Below, piece by piece: positions 63,406-64,000 of a DNA stretch of 64,000 nucleotides. How positions within the stretch are numbered: position 1 is the first letter of the stretch; the number at the start of each line of letters is the position of its first letter. The stretch is from a virus, in the IMG/VR virus record IMGVR_UViG_3300033153_001906, positions 55,175 to 119,174 of that record. One strand, 5' to 3'. The notes under the pieces are model-generated. The model had not been told where the DNA came from and did not search any database. It worked only from the letters and a program-made list of their open reading frames with translations. The translations under genes were made by a program, and so were the position numbers.

Positions 63406-64000
63406 TACTTTCTCTCACGAATCCATTTTTGAAGTTCGATTAAATCTTTACGTACTGAAGTTATAGTTTTTACTAGAATCTCAGCATCGTCGGCATTGCG
63501 CATCTTCATACCCAATTCCAAGTGATTGATTGCTTGCTCAACGTAAATATTAACCATGCGCTCAAGTCCAGCTTTGTCAGTGACGCGGCCAGTTGCTTTA
63601 CGATAAACGTCTTTGGCTGCATCGCCAGCAATGCCTTCTTCAACATATGGCTCTGGTGCTTCTTCATCACCAACTTCTATCTCTAGCATATTCTTATCGC
63701 GAGCAAGATGGAAAATGAAATCCCATTCGTATGTCAGTCCATTTTCTTCGCTGTATGCTTCGCCATGATTGTTTGTTGGTTGCAAACGCAGTTTGTCGCC
63801 AGCATTCATATACATGGCTGGAACGTCAACTAGTGCAACAACAGTCAATGGTTGCGCAGGTTCTTCATCACGAAAGCGATCTCCAGATGGTTCTGAAAAT
63901 TGGTGAACTTCCATTGGCTCTGTGACGAAGTTTTCATCAAGCTTTTTCTCGTCTAGTGATGCTGCTGCTTCCATCAATTTTCGCATTTGTTCTGTACTCA
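63405..64000 (-). CDS. putative head-internal protein (MRKLME family), 5' end at window edge
   Basis: (S)TEQMRKLMEAAASLDE; LDE and VEE junctions. Confidence 0.7.
   Translation of the reverse strand, partial: STEQMRKLMEAAASLDEKKLDENFVTEPMEVHQFSEPSGDRFRDEEPAQPLTVVALVDVPAMYMNAGDKLRLQPTNNHGEAYSEENGLTYEWDFIFHLARDKNMLEIEVGDEEAPEPYVEEGIAGDAAKDVYRKATGRVTDKAGLERMVNIYVEQAINHLELGMKMRNADDAEILVKTITSVRKDLIELQKWIRERK

Noticed and set aside
34-63925. Most plus-strand ORFs in the track (e.g. 19381-20040, 35262-35918, 56419-57057)
   Set aside because: Antisense shadows of well-supported minus-strand genes, with no SD or promoter; only 12712, 13870 and 60948 are supported

Overview
64 kb of a large (jumbo-type, T4-like regulatory logic) tailed-phage genome. 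The host is probably proteobacterial, judging by the omega subunit and sigma70 promoters. Almost all genes are on the minus strand and tightly packed with TAATG/ATGA overlaps. 1-38.7 kb: small hypothetical genes plus host-like functions (macro domain, RadC/JAB, MazG-like, ClpP, ClpX, ClpS, FtsH, Hsp20, bS21, RNAP omega, FolE, QueD, ThyA, class II RNR, SleB-like hydrolase, OmpA-like). 39.2-64 kb: virion and putative head-internal proteins. Two promoter classes can be read directly: near-consensus sigma70 (TTGAC-N17-TATAAT) and a T4-late-like GATAAATA. Main observations: (1) an F-x-x-[KR]-L-x-x-G-like peptide shared by about 18 otherwise unrelated small proteins; (2) T4-type capsid-targeting N-termini and long acidic proteins punctuated by [ILVM]-x-E sites that look like protease-processed polyproteins, with cargo including kinase/ART-like and ligase-like domains; (3) seven genes whose ATG sits exactly at the predicted +1 (leaderless), in a phage carrying its own bS21; (4) a palindromic TAAGTCATTGATT cassette upstream of three promoters; (5) three apparent frameshifts within about 6 kb. 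All family calls are by-eye motif recognition; no database searches were run.
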